Below, piece by piece: positions 9,101 through 15,340 of a DNA stretch of 64,000 nucleotides. The first letter of the stretch is position 1, and each line of letters opens with the position of its first letter. The DNA is taken from the NCBI GenBank assembly GCA_015654635.1, contig JAATGP010000007.1:17771-81770 (forward strand), given 5' to 3'. Source of the DNA: Alphaproteobacteria bacterium. Its GTDB lineage: Bacteria; Pseudomonadota; Alphaproteobacteria; Micropepsales; Micropepsaceae. Made by a program: the position numbers and the translations under genes. The notes below the pieces were generated by a model. That model was given only the letters and a program-made list of their open reading frames with translations, was not told the origin of the DNA and did not search any database.

Positions 9101-10606
9101 GAATTCAGTTTTCATGCGGAGTCCCAAGGCCTGCAACTCCACGTGGTCCGTAGCAGCCAAGTTGTCATCAGCGATCCGCATCTGCTTGAGCAGATGATCC
9201 GTAATCTGCTCTCCAACGCATTGAAATATACGGAGAAGGGCAAAGTTCTGCTGGGCTGCCGGCGGCGCGAAGGAAAACTCTGCATCGAGGTGTGCGATAC
9301 GGGCATCGGCATTCCTTCGGACGAACTCAAGGCGATCTTCGACGAGTATCATCAGCTCGACAATGCCGCGCGTGAGCGTAGCCGAGGACTCGGTCTTGGT
9401 CTTTCCATTGTGCAGCGCTTGGGCAAGATGCTGGGCCATCCGGTACGGGTGCGCTCGCGGCCGGGCAAGGGTTCTATATTCTCTATTGAAGTCAAACTCG
9501 AACACGCGCCCGCGGTCGAAAAAATCAATTTGCATCGCCCGCCAACGCCGGTTGCCAGCGTTGGGCGAGGGGCGGGCGACATCCTTATTGTCGAAGACGA
9601 TACTGATGTTTGCGAACTCCTCGAACTGCTGCTCAAAAACGAGGGCCACCGCGTTGCCGCGGTGCATGAGGGCCTCGCCGCTATTGCGTTGCTCGAACGC
9701 GGCGCCATCAGGCCCGATCTGATTATCGCCGATTACAATTTGCCCAACGGGATGGACGGCCTTGAGGTTATCACCAGGCTGCGCGAAACAACGCAACGCA
9801 ATGTGCCAGCGATCATTCTCACCGGCGACATCACGACGAGTACGTTGCGCCGGGTTGCCGGACAACATTGCGTACAGCTGAATAAGCCTATAAAACCCGC
9901 CGAATTGATCCAGGTTATCGAGCGGCTTTTACCAAACTTGAAATCGGATGCCAACCTCCGTGCTACGGTCAGGACGGTTGCGCCGGTTGAGCACTCCAAG
10001 CCCGTGATTTTCATTGTCGATGACAATAACGAGATCCGGGCCGCCATGCGCGCGACCTTTGAGGCAGAGGGCAATATTGTCGAGGATTTTGTCAGTTGTG
10101 AACTGTTTCTCGAAGCCTACCGTCCAGGCACGGAAGGATGCCTTTTGATCGATGCCTATTTGCCGGGAATGGGCGGATTGGAATTACTGCAGCGTCTCCA
10201 AACGGCAGGCAATCATCTGCCGTCGATTATGATTACGGGCAACAGCGATGTGTCCATGGCAGTGCTGGCAATGAAAGCGGGGGCGTCGGATTTCCTGGAG
10301 AAGCCGATCAACAGCAAGGAGTTGCTCACTTCCGTTCATCGTGCTCTGGAACAGTCTAAGGATGCCACCAAACTGTTGAGCTGGCATGCGGAGGCGACGG
10401 ATCGCATCGCCACGCTCACGCCGCAACAGCGTCGCATTATGGATATGGTGCTGGCGGGTGATCCCAGCAAAAATATTGCCGCCGACCTTGGGATCAGTCA
10501 GCGCACCGTAGAGAACCATCGGGCTGCGATTATGACCAAAACGGGCGCTAAATCCCTTCCGGCACTGGCCCGGCTGGCGTTGGCCGCCGTCCCGGAAAAA
10601 GGCTAG
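6173..10606 (+). CDS. Giant CheB methylesterase-CheR methyltransferase-PAS-coiled coil-PAS-HisKA/HATPase-REC-REC-LuxR(HTH) fusion protein
   Basis: 1477 aa. CheB: GIGASAGGLEA, LSGTGPDGSSG. CheR: FFRDP, VWIVGCSTGEEAYSLA. HisKA: FLAAASHDLRQP. HATPase: CDTGIGIP..GLGLGLSIV. REC1: ILIVEDD..IIADYNLPNGMDG. The C-terminal FixJ-like module is IFIVDDN..LLIDAYLPGMGG..KP plus the LuxR HTH LTPQQRRIMDMVLAGDPSKNIAADLGISQRTVENHR. Confidence 0.9.
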   Translation: MSKSRPRRTPKVPVSSRPHPVPPRDKKALPKKPAVPEADLPEETRPAGELLVVGIGASAGGLEACRKFVSTIPTGTAIAFILIQHLDPTHGSMMVDLLSSHTQLTVCQAMDGMVIAADHLYVIPPGTYLSATDGKLRLSPPQARHGARLPFDFLLRSLAKEYGARAVCVVLSGTGPDGSSGLKAVKERGGLIIVQDPAEAGYDGMPQNAIATGLADFVLPAARISGKIIQHATRTPLSSPGDSVSLKETIQDRLPKIIGLLRTNTNHDFTLYKHGTLERRIERRMVMAGIEAGDGDRYLKLLETSKNEVELLAKDLLINVTSFFRDPKVFATLEQTVIPELIRTHPVGRTFRVWIVGCSTGEEAYSLAILFRERLAAAALGMALQIFASDVDPEAVEIAREGLYPASIEANMSPERLARFFRKEKQGYRVSPELRAAVVFTVQDVLKDPPFSRLDLISCRNLLIYLRPEAQLKAISVFHFALNTGGLLLLGSAETVGNAESHFELYSKAERLYRRIGRARLDTLGIAKDSSWSVRAFAGAGQGKTALRQTAIADLCQRMVMDAFAPAAVLVNRNHECLYSLGPTDRYLRVPAGQPTYDLLAMVSEALRSKLKQGIIQAGETKERVSITGGLKSHDGHVFAITVQPAPAEGEELFLICFVNEPEPGDRKIGPIPLADTSRVAELERELETAKTELRDAIRNLQISGEEQKAINEEALSVNEEFQSTNEELLTSKEELQSLNEELTALNTQLQETLERQRETSDDLQNILYSTNVATLFLDPELNIRFFTPATKLLFSIIPGDIGRPLADLHSLSADSSLTADARTVLHNLVPIEREVEALGGVWFSRRILPYHAHDGAVEGVVITFTNITERIRSANALEAAKQQAELANVAKSRFLAAASHDLRQPLQTLALLQGLLAKMVVGEGAQRLVARLDLTLGAISGMLNTLLDLNQIEAGTVRTEMVSFPIAGLLERMRDEFSFHAESQGLQLHVVRSSQVVISDPHLLEQMIRNLLSNALKYTEKGKVLLGCRRREGKLCIEVCDTGIGIPSDELKAIFDEYHQLDNAARERSRGLGLGLSIVQRLGKMLGHPVRVRSRPGKGSIFSIEVKLEHAPAVEKINLHRPPTPVASVGRGAGDILIVEDDTDVCELLELLLKNEGHRVAAVHEGLAAIALLERGAIRPDLIIADYNLPNGMDGLEVITRLRETTQRNVPAIILTGDITTSTLRRVAGQHCVQLNKPIKPAELIQVIERLLPNLKSDANLRATVRTVAPVEHSKPVIFIVDDNNEIRAAMRATFEAEGNIVEDFVSCELFLEAYRPGTEGCLLIDAYLPGMGGLELLQRLQTAGNHLPSIMITGNSDVSMAVLAMKAGASDFLEKPINSKELLTSVHRALEQSKDATKLLSWHAEATDRIATLTPQQRRIMDMVLAGDPSKNIAADLGISQRTVENHRAAIMTKTGAKSLPALARLALAAVPEKG

Positions 10607-10624
10607 GTAGATTCCGAAGCTGCC
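10604..10624 (+). promoter_or_regulatory. Recurrent 21-nt motif copy S3 (TAGGTAGATTCCGAAGCTGCC), function unknown
   Basis: 19/21 match. It starts on the TAG stop codon of the giant kinase gene, and the next ORF follows 4-52 nt downstream. Confidence 0.5.
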
Positions 10625-10627
10625 CCT

Positions 10628-10867
10628 GTGCCGCGTGGGTCCATTAAGCTCAAGCATCGGCTTTGCGAGGTCTCTATGCGGCAAAACTCGGTCGAACATT
10701 TGGGCGGCACGCGAATCCAAGTTGTGTTTCGCAACAGAGAGTCGTCGGTCCTTCTTTCGGGTGAGGCCACTCTGGAGCATATTGCCAGCACTTTGAGTGA
10801 AATGTCGAAGCGCTACGTCGAACGCCCGGTGGCAGTCTATGTCACGATGGCCCGTCCCGATTGTTAG
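10628..10867 (+). CDS. Small hypothetical protein (79 aa; 63 aa if it starts at Met17, nt 10676)
   Basis: Open frame between motif copies S3 and S1 with no family recognised. The coding call rests only on ORF integrity and position. Confidence 0.35.
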   Translation: MPRGSIKLKHRLCEVSMRQNSVEHLGGTRIQVVFRNRESSVLLSGEATLEHIASTLSEMSKRYVERPVAVYVTMARPDC

Positions 10868-10898
10868 CAATGCTGCGATGGGCTCTCGGCTCGCTGTT

Positions 10899-10919
10899 TG
10901 AGTAGTTTCCGACGCTGCC
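10899..10919 (+). promoter_or_regulatory. Recurrent 21-nt motif copy S1 (TGAGTAGTTTCCGACGCTGCC), function unknown
   Basis: 21/21 match, 110 nt upstream of the ATG at 11029. It shares an extra upstream block, TCTCGGC-N8, with copy S2. CCTATGA lies 18 nt downstream. Confidence 0.6.
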
Positions 10920-11028
10920 GCGGTTTTCCCTTCATCGCCTATGATCTCTTCGAGTGAGTGCATTGGGCGCTCGCCCCAGCTGGCGCGTTTTCTCCAGGAA
11001 AACATGCGCCGGATCACTCGAGGATTTC

Positions 11029-11679
11029 ATGATGTTGTATAGGATGAGCATGCTGCTCGCCACGGCGGCTATTGTCATCGCTGCCAGCGCTGCAAGCGCA
11101 GACGACCGCAATCAACCTGGGCCGAACAATGCTGGCCCACGCGACGACCAGAACCAGCCCACTTACGGTAGTGGTTACAATTACGGCTATGACGACGGTA
11201 TGGCCAAGCGCGACCGCAATGATCGTTATCGGCCCGAGCCTTATCGCCATGAGGTCCGTTATGACCGCGGCGCCTATTACTATGGCAGCGATTGCAGCAA
11301 CAACGTTGCAGGCACCGTTTTGGGCGCCGTCGCGGGCGGGTTGATCGGCGGCAGTGTCAGCCGTGGCAATGGCGGTGCGGTGCTTGGTGGTGTTATCCTT
11401 GGAGGATTGGCCGGCAATGCCATATCCAGAAACATAAATTGCGATGACCGCCGCTATGCCATGACGTCGTATAGCGCTGGATTCGATGGCAGAATCGGTG
11501 ATCGCCACGAATGGCGCAATCGCGATGGTGGCTACGGCACCTTTACGCCGACGCGGGAATATTCGCGGGCCGGCAATATGTGCCGCGATTTCCGCGAAAC
11601 TGGTTATAGCAACCGGCGTTCCTATGATCGAACCGGCACGGCTTGCCGTCATAACGACGGTAATTGGTACACGGATTAA
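11029..11679 (+). CDS. Secreted glycine-zipper / 17-kDa-surface-antigen-like protein
   Basis: ORF 10954..11679; the likely start is MMLYRMSMLLATAAIVIAASAASA (signal peptide) at 11029. Has a glycine zipper (GTVLGAVAGGLIGGSVSRGNGGAVLGGVILGGLAGNAIS) and a Cys-containing C-terminal surface-antigen-like domain. Confidence 0.7.
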   Translation: MMLYRMSMLLATAAIVIAASAASADDRNQPGPNNAGPRDDQNQPTYGSGYNYGYDDGMAKRDRNDRYRPEPYRHEVRYDRGAYYYGSDCSNNVAGTVLGAVAGGLIGGSVSRGNGGAVLGGVILGGLAGNAISRNINCDDRRYAMTSYSAGFDGRIGDRHEWRNRDGGYGTFTPTREYSRAGNMCRDFRETGYSNRRSYDRTGTACRHNDGNWYTD

Positions 11680-11697
11680 TAGCTGAAGTCTGTCTCG

Positions 11698-11718
11698 GCG
11701 GCCCGCTTGAGTAGATTC
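11698..11718 (+). promoter_or_regulatory. Recurrent 21-nt motif copy S2 (TGAGTAGATTCCGGGGCTGCC), function unknown
   Basis: 20/21 match, 85 nt upstream of the collagen-like lipoprotein ATG (11803). Confidence 0.6.
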
Positions 11719-11802
11719 CGGGGCTGCCGCCATCCTCGCTCCTGCCGTACGTTAACAATGTGCCGGCACAGTTCGCCGAGATTTTCTGAAAAGGATTCCG
11801 CC

Positions 11803-12108
11803 ATGAAATACTTAATGCCATTGGTTGCGCTGATTGCAGCACTCGGACTTTCCGCTTGCACAGGGCCCGCTGGCCCGGCTGGGCCGCAAGGCAACACCGG
11901 ATATACCGGCGACACGGGGTATACGGGCGCGACCGGCAGTACAGGTGCCACGGGCGGCGCGGGCGCGACGGGTGATACTGGCGCGACAGGCGTTCAGGGC
12001 GCGACGGGTGACACTGGCGCCAAAGGCGACAAAGGCACAAAGGGCACCAAAGGCAATACCGGTTCGGGCAACGGCTCGACGGTTATCGTCGTGCCGCCGC
12101 CGAAATAG
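11803..12108 (+). CDS. Collagen-like (Gly-X-Y)23 triple-helix-repeat lipoprotein, 101 aa
   Basis: ORF 11707..12108; the likely start is [19 protein letters not shown] (lipobox LSAC) at 11803. It has 23 uninterrupted GXY triplets ([19 protein letters not shown]...GTKGNTGSG), mostly Thr at Y, then a 12-aa tail. Confidence 0.75.
   Translation: MKYLMPLVALIAALGLSACTGPAGPAGPQGNTGYTGDTGYTGATGSTGATGGAGATGDTGATGVQGATGDTGAKGDKGTKGTKGNTGSGNGSTVIVVPPPK
11863..12069 (+). repeat. Coding tandem repeat (9-nt GXY periodicity, with longer ggcgcgacgggtgaYactggcgc units)
   Basis: Direct reading of the collagen-like ORF. The repeat units are visible at DNA level. Confidence 0.8.
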
Positions 12109-12195
12109 GTGGTTAGGGTAATTGATATCTTTGATTTCGTTCTGGGCTGCGCGGAGCCAAGTTATCTTCGCAGCCCTCCTTAAGGAGATAATGCC

Positions 12196-12354
12196 GTGAC
12201 CCTGGGTTCTATACTGTTGATCATTCTGGTGCTGTTCATGATCGGTGCCTTGCCGAGATGGGGTTATAGCGCCAATTGGGGTTATCGGCCGACCGGTGGC
12301 ATTGGGCTCATTCTCATCATTGTTCTCGTTTTGGTGCTCGTCGGCCGGATATAG
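12196..12354 (+). CDS. DUF3309-like small membrane protein (52 aa), absent from ORF track
   Basis: GTG start 8 nt after the AAGGAGA RBS (12182-12188). Translation: MTLGSILLIILVLFMIGALPRWGYSANWGYRPTGGIGLILIIVLVLVLVGRI, two TM helices around the PRWGYS..WGY core typical of DUF3309. Confidence 0.7.
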   Translation: MTLGSILLIILVLFMIGALPRWGYSANWGYRPTGGIGLILIIVLVLVLVGRI

Positions 12355-12356
12355 AC

Positions 12357-12381
12357 GGAACAATTGGCGGTTATGGCGGTT
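12357..12381 (+). promoter_or_regulatory. Possible EcfG-type (general stress sigma) promoter GGAAC-N16-GGTT
   Basis: GGAAC at 12357-12361, a 16-nt spacer, then GGTT at 12378-12381 (consensus GGAAC-N16/17-CGTT). Lies about 30 nt upstream of the entericidin-like ATG. Confidence 0.3.
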
Positions 12382-12411
12382 GAGTGACCGCAGCCGAAAC
12401 GGAGTTTTGCA

Positions 12412-12567
12412 ATGTACAAAGGTACAAGGTTATTGGCCCTCATCATTTTTACGCTGGCTGGTGCCACGCTCCTCTTAGGCGGCTGTCACACGGTTGCGGG
12501 CGCGGGCGAAGACATTTCTCATACCGGCAAGGTCATCGAGAAGAGTGCCGACAAGAATACCCCTTAG
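12412..12567 (+). CDS. Entericidin EcnA/B-family small lipoprotein (51 aa), absent from ORF track
   Basis: Translation: MYKGTRLLALIIFTLAGATLLLGGCHTVAGAGEDISHTGKVIEKSADKNTP. The lipobox LLGGC followed by NTVxGxGxD-like and GxxIE motifs matches the entericidin pattern. Confidence 0.7.
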   Translation: MYKGTRLLALIIFTLAGATLLLGGCHTVAGAGEDISHTGKVIEKSADKNTP

Positions 12568-12617
12568 CCCCAACACGATTTGAAGCGTGGATATGCGTCC
12601 TGAAAGGACATTCTACA

Positions 12618-12944
12618 ATGCTGAAATTCTTGAAGAATTCCGCGATTGTTCTCGCCATTACCGGAACGGCTATGGCAACGACTGCGGTTGCCAGCGCCGA
12701 CAGCTTTGCTGTTGGCATTAATTCTGATCACGGTGATCGGCGTGGAAATGTGATTGCCGTTGGCTTCGGCAACGTGGCCATCGGCTATCGCGACGGGTAT
12801 TGGGACAACGGCCATCGCTGGCATCGCTGGCGCAATGAACGTGAGCACAGAGACTATCGTTCGCATTATTCCAGCGGCTACAGCGATTGGAATCACGACC
12901 GCGATGGTAACGACGGCTGGCGCGGTGGTAGGAACCATCATTGA
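12618..12944 (+). CDS. Secreted His/Arg/Trp/Asp-rich small protein (hypothetical)
   Basis: ORF 12384..12944; the likely start is MLKFLKNSAIVLAITGTAMATTAVASA (signal peptide) at 12618. The C-terminus is HRWHRWRNEREHRDYRSHYSSGYSDWNHDRDGNDGWRGGRNHH. Confidence 0.55.
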   Translation: MLKFLKNSAIVLAITGTAMATTAVASADSFAVGINSDHGDRRGNVIAVGFGNVAIGYRDGYWDNGHRWHRWRNEREHRDYRSHYSSGYSDWNHDRDGNDGWRGGRNHH

Positions 12945-13225
12945 TACCGCCGACGGCGCAAACACAACGGTCTAACTGCGTAGGTGATATTCTGGCGTCG
13001 ATCGATGCAAGTCTTTGCGCCAACCGCGAACTGCACGTGTACTGATTATACGCCGGGATAGAGCGGCGGCGGAAGGGCGCCCCCGTCTATTCCGCCGCCC
13101 ATTCTTTTGCCCTGCCAAAACCTGCGCGACGACCGGCAGCTGGCCAAATCTGACCCAACGTCGCGCGTGTTCGTTATCCACATGGCACAGATCATTTCGA
13201 TCTGCCGGAACGCTTAAAAAAGGAA

Positions 13226-13723
13226 TTGATCATGAAAAAGTCATTTGGTTTGACGCGTGGACTGATCGGTGCGGCCGTATTGGGAGCATTTGCATTCGCA
13301 GGCACGGCCAGTGCTGCTACGCATGGTGTGAAAGTCGGCGAACTGACTTGCGGCGTCGCCAGCGGCTGGGGCTTCGTCTTCGGCTCTTCAAAAGATCTGC
13401 ATTGCATTTTCCGTCAGAGCAAACACAACGCCGTGCATTACACAGGTTCAATCTCCAAATTCGGCGTTGATATCGGCTATACCGAGGGTGGTTTGCTGGT
13501 TTGGGAAGTTGTCGCTCCGACGTCTGATGTTCGGCCCGACGCTCTGGACGGGGACTATGTCGGTGTCAGCGCCAGCGCAACAGCGGGTGTTGGTGTTGGC
13601 GCCAATGTTCTGGTCGGCGGCTTCGATAAATCATTTTCGCTGCAGCCGCTGAGCGTGTCAGGAAACAAGGGTTTGAACGTAGCGGCTGGCATCGGTTCGA
13701 TCAGCTTGAAGCATGTGCCGTAA
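13226..13723 (+). CDS. DUF992-family secreted protein
   Basis: Signal peptide, then GELTCGVASGWGFVFGSSKDLHCIF...YTGSISKFGVDIGYT...GANVLVGGFDKSFSLQPLSVSG, the DUF992 pattern common in Rhizobiales. Confidence 0.75.
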   Translation: MIMKKSFGLTRGLIGAAVLGAFAFAGTASAATHGVKVGELTCGVASGWGFVFGSSKDLHCIFRQSKHNAVHYTGSISKFGVDIGYTEGGLLVWEVVAPTSDVRPDALDGDYVGVSASATAGVGVGANVLVGGFDKSFSLQPLSVSGNKGLNVAAGIGSISLKHVP

Positions 13724-13731
13724 TACGGCAA

Positions 13732-13768
13732 GCGCGCGGGCGCCAAAAACGTCCGCGCGTTATTACAT
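13732..13768 (+). terminator. Candidate intrinsic terminator after the DUF992 gene
   Basis: 7-bp GC stem cgcgcgg (13733-39) / ccgcgcg (13753-59), a 13-nt loop, then TTATTACATT. Confidence 0.4.
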
Positions 13769-13792
13769 TCACAGAATTGGAGACAGTTCGTA

Positions 13793-14176
13793 ATGGCTCA
13801 TGATGAAAAGAAAAAAAGAAGCCGCCTGGATTCGCGTCTCGGTGCCTTACGCTCGGAACTCGAATCGCTTGAGGCCGATATGAAGGACTTTGCCGGAGAT
13901 GTCGAAAATATCGCCGACAATCGCGTTCATCTTGCGCTTCGCAAAGCTGAAAATATTGCCCATCGTGCTTATCGTTATGCGGAAGAATCGAGCGCAAACG
14001 TGGCTCATGACGTCGAAAACTGGGCCGACGGCAATCTTAAGGACGCACGCAAGACGATCCGCGCCCAACCTATTTCTGCGCTCGCCATCTCGATAGGGGC
14101 CGGTGCACTGGTGGGCGCTGTCTTGGGGCTGTTTGGCCGCTGTGGGCCGAAACCCCCACAACCGCATCGTTCGTAG
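13793..14176 (+). CDS. DUF883 (ElaB/YqjD-like) membrane-anchored stress protein
   Basis: Long helical N-region (LESLEADMKDFAGDVENIADN...) and a C-terminal TM (PISALAISIGAGALVGAVLGLF), as in ElaB/YqjD-type proteins. Confidence 0.7.
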   Translation: MAHDEKKKRSRLDSRLGALRSELESLEADMKDFAGDVENIADNRVHLALRKAENIAHRAYRYAEESSANVAHDVENWADGNLKDARKTIRAQPISALAISIGAGALVGAVLGLFGRCGPKPPQPHRS

Positions 14177-14287
14177 GCCACAATAAACAACACAGAGGCT
14201 CGTTACAAAGACTCGCTTTGATGTGTTGCTTGGACTGCCACGATAAGAGACACTCGTTATCACGCCTGCCGCAATTGGAGTCGCCCT

Positions 14288-15340
14288 TTGAGTCAACCAG
14301 CGCAATTGATTTCTTTGGCGACCGCGGTTCCCGCGCACATCCTGCATCAGGAGGAGGTGGCGCGGGTCACCCGTGAAATGTTCGGCACACGCTATGCGGC
14401 CTTCGACCGGATGGCTCCAGTCTTTCAGACGGCGGGAATCGAAAAACGGCATGCCGCGCGTCCCATTGCCTGGTATGGCGAGCCTCAGGGCTGGAAGGAA
14501 CGAACGGCAGCCTATCTCGAAGTCGCTCAGGAGTTGTTTGTTGCGGCCGCGACCAAGGCGCTTTCTTTGGCGGAGCTGACAGCGGGTGAGGTCGATGTCG
14601 TGGTGACGGTTTCATCCACCGGCATTGCCACTCCCAGTCTGGAAGCTCGGGCCGCCAAGGTAATGGGCTTTCGCAACGACATTCAGCGTGTGCCGGTTTT
14701 CGGTCTTGGTTGTGCGGGCGGTGTGTCGGGGCTGGCCATCGCGTCTCGTCTTGCAAAGGCACAACCCGGCGCCAATGTGCTGTTGGTCGTGGTTGAGCTT
14801 TGCACGCTCGCCTTTCGCAGCGATCAGCTCACCAAAGCCAATATCGTCGCTTGTGCCCTGTTTGGAGACGGCGCAGCCGCTTGCATTTTGCGCGCGGGCG
14901 GGGACGGTCTTGCAGAGATCGAAGCGGCTGGTGAGCATACATGGCCGGGGACGCTGGACATCATGGGGTGGGATTTGGACGGGCAGGGCTTTGAGGTCAT
15001 TTTCGCCCAAGCCATCCCGTCTTTTGCGGAAGCAAATATGGGCCCAGCCCTGTCCGGCATCTTGAAGCGCTTCGATATCCATATGGATACGGTGGATCGT
15101 TTTATCTGTCATCCCGGCGGCACCAAAGTGGTCATTGCGTTGGAGCAGGCATTGGGGTTGGCCGAAGGCTCGCTTGATCACGAACGCGAGATCCTGCGCG
15201 AATACGGGAATATGTCGGCGCCCACAGTGCTGTTTGTGCTGGAACGTATGCTGCGCGCCGGTCTGCCACCCCGCGCGGTGCTTACGGCCATGGGGCCGGG
15301 CTTCAGCGCCAGCTGCGTATCGCTGAAGAGGGCCGCTTGA
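14288..15340 (+). CDS. Type III polyketide synthase (chalcone/stilbene synthase superfamily)
   Basis: 350 aa, TTG start. The Cys-His-Asn triad contexts are present (VFGLGCAGGVSG; FICHPGGTKV; YGNMSAPTVLFVLE). Confidence 0.9.
   Translation: MSQPAQLISLATAVPAHILHQEEVARVTREMFGTRYAAFDRMAPVFQTAGIEKRHAARPIAWYGEPQGWKERTAAYLEVAQELFVAAATKALSLAELTAGEVDVVVTVSSTGIATPSLEARAAKVMGFRNDIQRVPVFGLGCAGGVSGLAIASRLAKAQPGANVLLVVVELCTLAFRSDQLTKANIVACALFGDGAAACILRAGGDGLAEIEAAGEHTWPGTLDIMGWDLDGQGFEVIFAQAIPSFAEANMGPALSGILKRFDIHMDTVDRFICHPGGTKVVIALEQALGLAEGSLDHEREILREYGNMSAPTVLFVLERMLRAGLPPRAVLTAMGPGFSASCVSLKRAA

Noticed and set aside
10184-11017. 277-aa minus-strand ORF across the 3' end of the giant kinase gene and the 79-aa ORF; also 11014..11733 (-) and 11812..12363 (-)
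   Set aside because: They are antisense to ORFs with clear domain, signal-peptide or repeat logic. The translations are Arg/His/Ala-rich and featureless.
2125-11718. Reading the 21-nt motif as an EcfG (GGAAC-N16-CGTT) or RpoH (CTTG-N17-CYTATNT) promoter, or as an alphaproteobacterial LexA box (GTTC-N7-GTTC)
   Set aside because: No GGAAC/CGTT pair exists on the sense strand. The CTTG...CCCC(G)AT fit works only for one or two copies, and the strongest conservation falls in what would be the spacer. The GTTC-N7-GTAC resemblance occurs in a single copy. The function is therefore left open.
11863-12069. Short tandem DNA repeats that could be mistaken for a VNTR or CRISPR-like array
   Set aside because: The periodicity is 9 nt and in frame with a lipoprotein signal peptide, encoding perfect Gly-X-Y triplets. 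There are no unique spacers and no cas genes.
12972-13470. ORFs 12972..13181 (-) and 13015..13470 (+) in the spacer before the DUF992 gene
   Set aside because: The translations are Arg-rich and low in complexity. The plus-strand ORF runs out of frame into the well-supported DUF992 gene.
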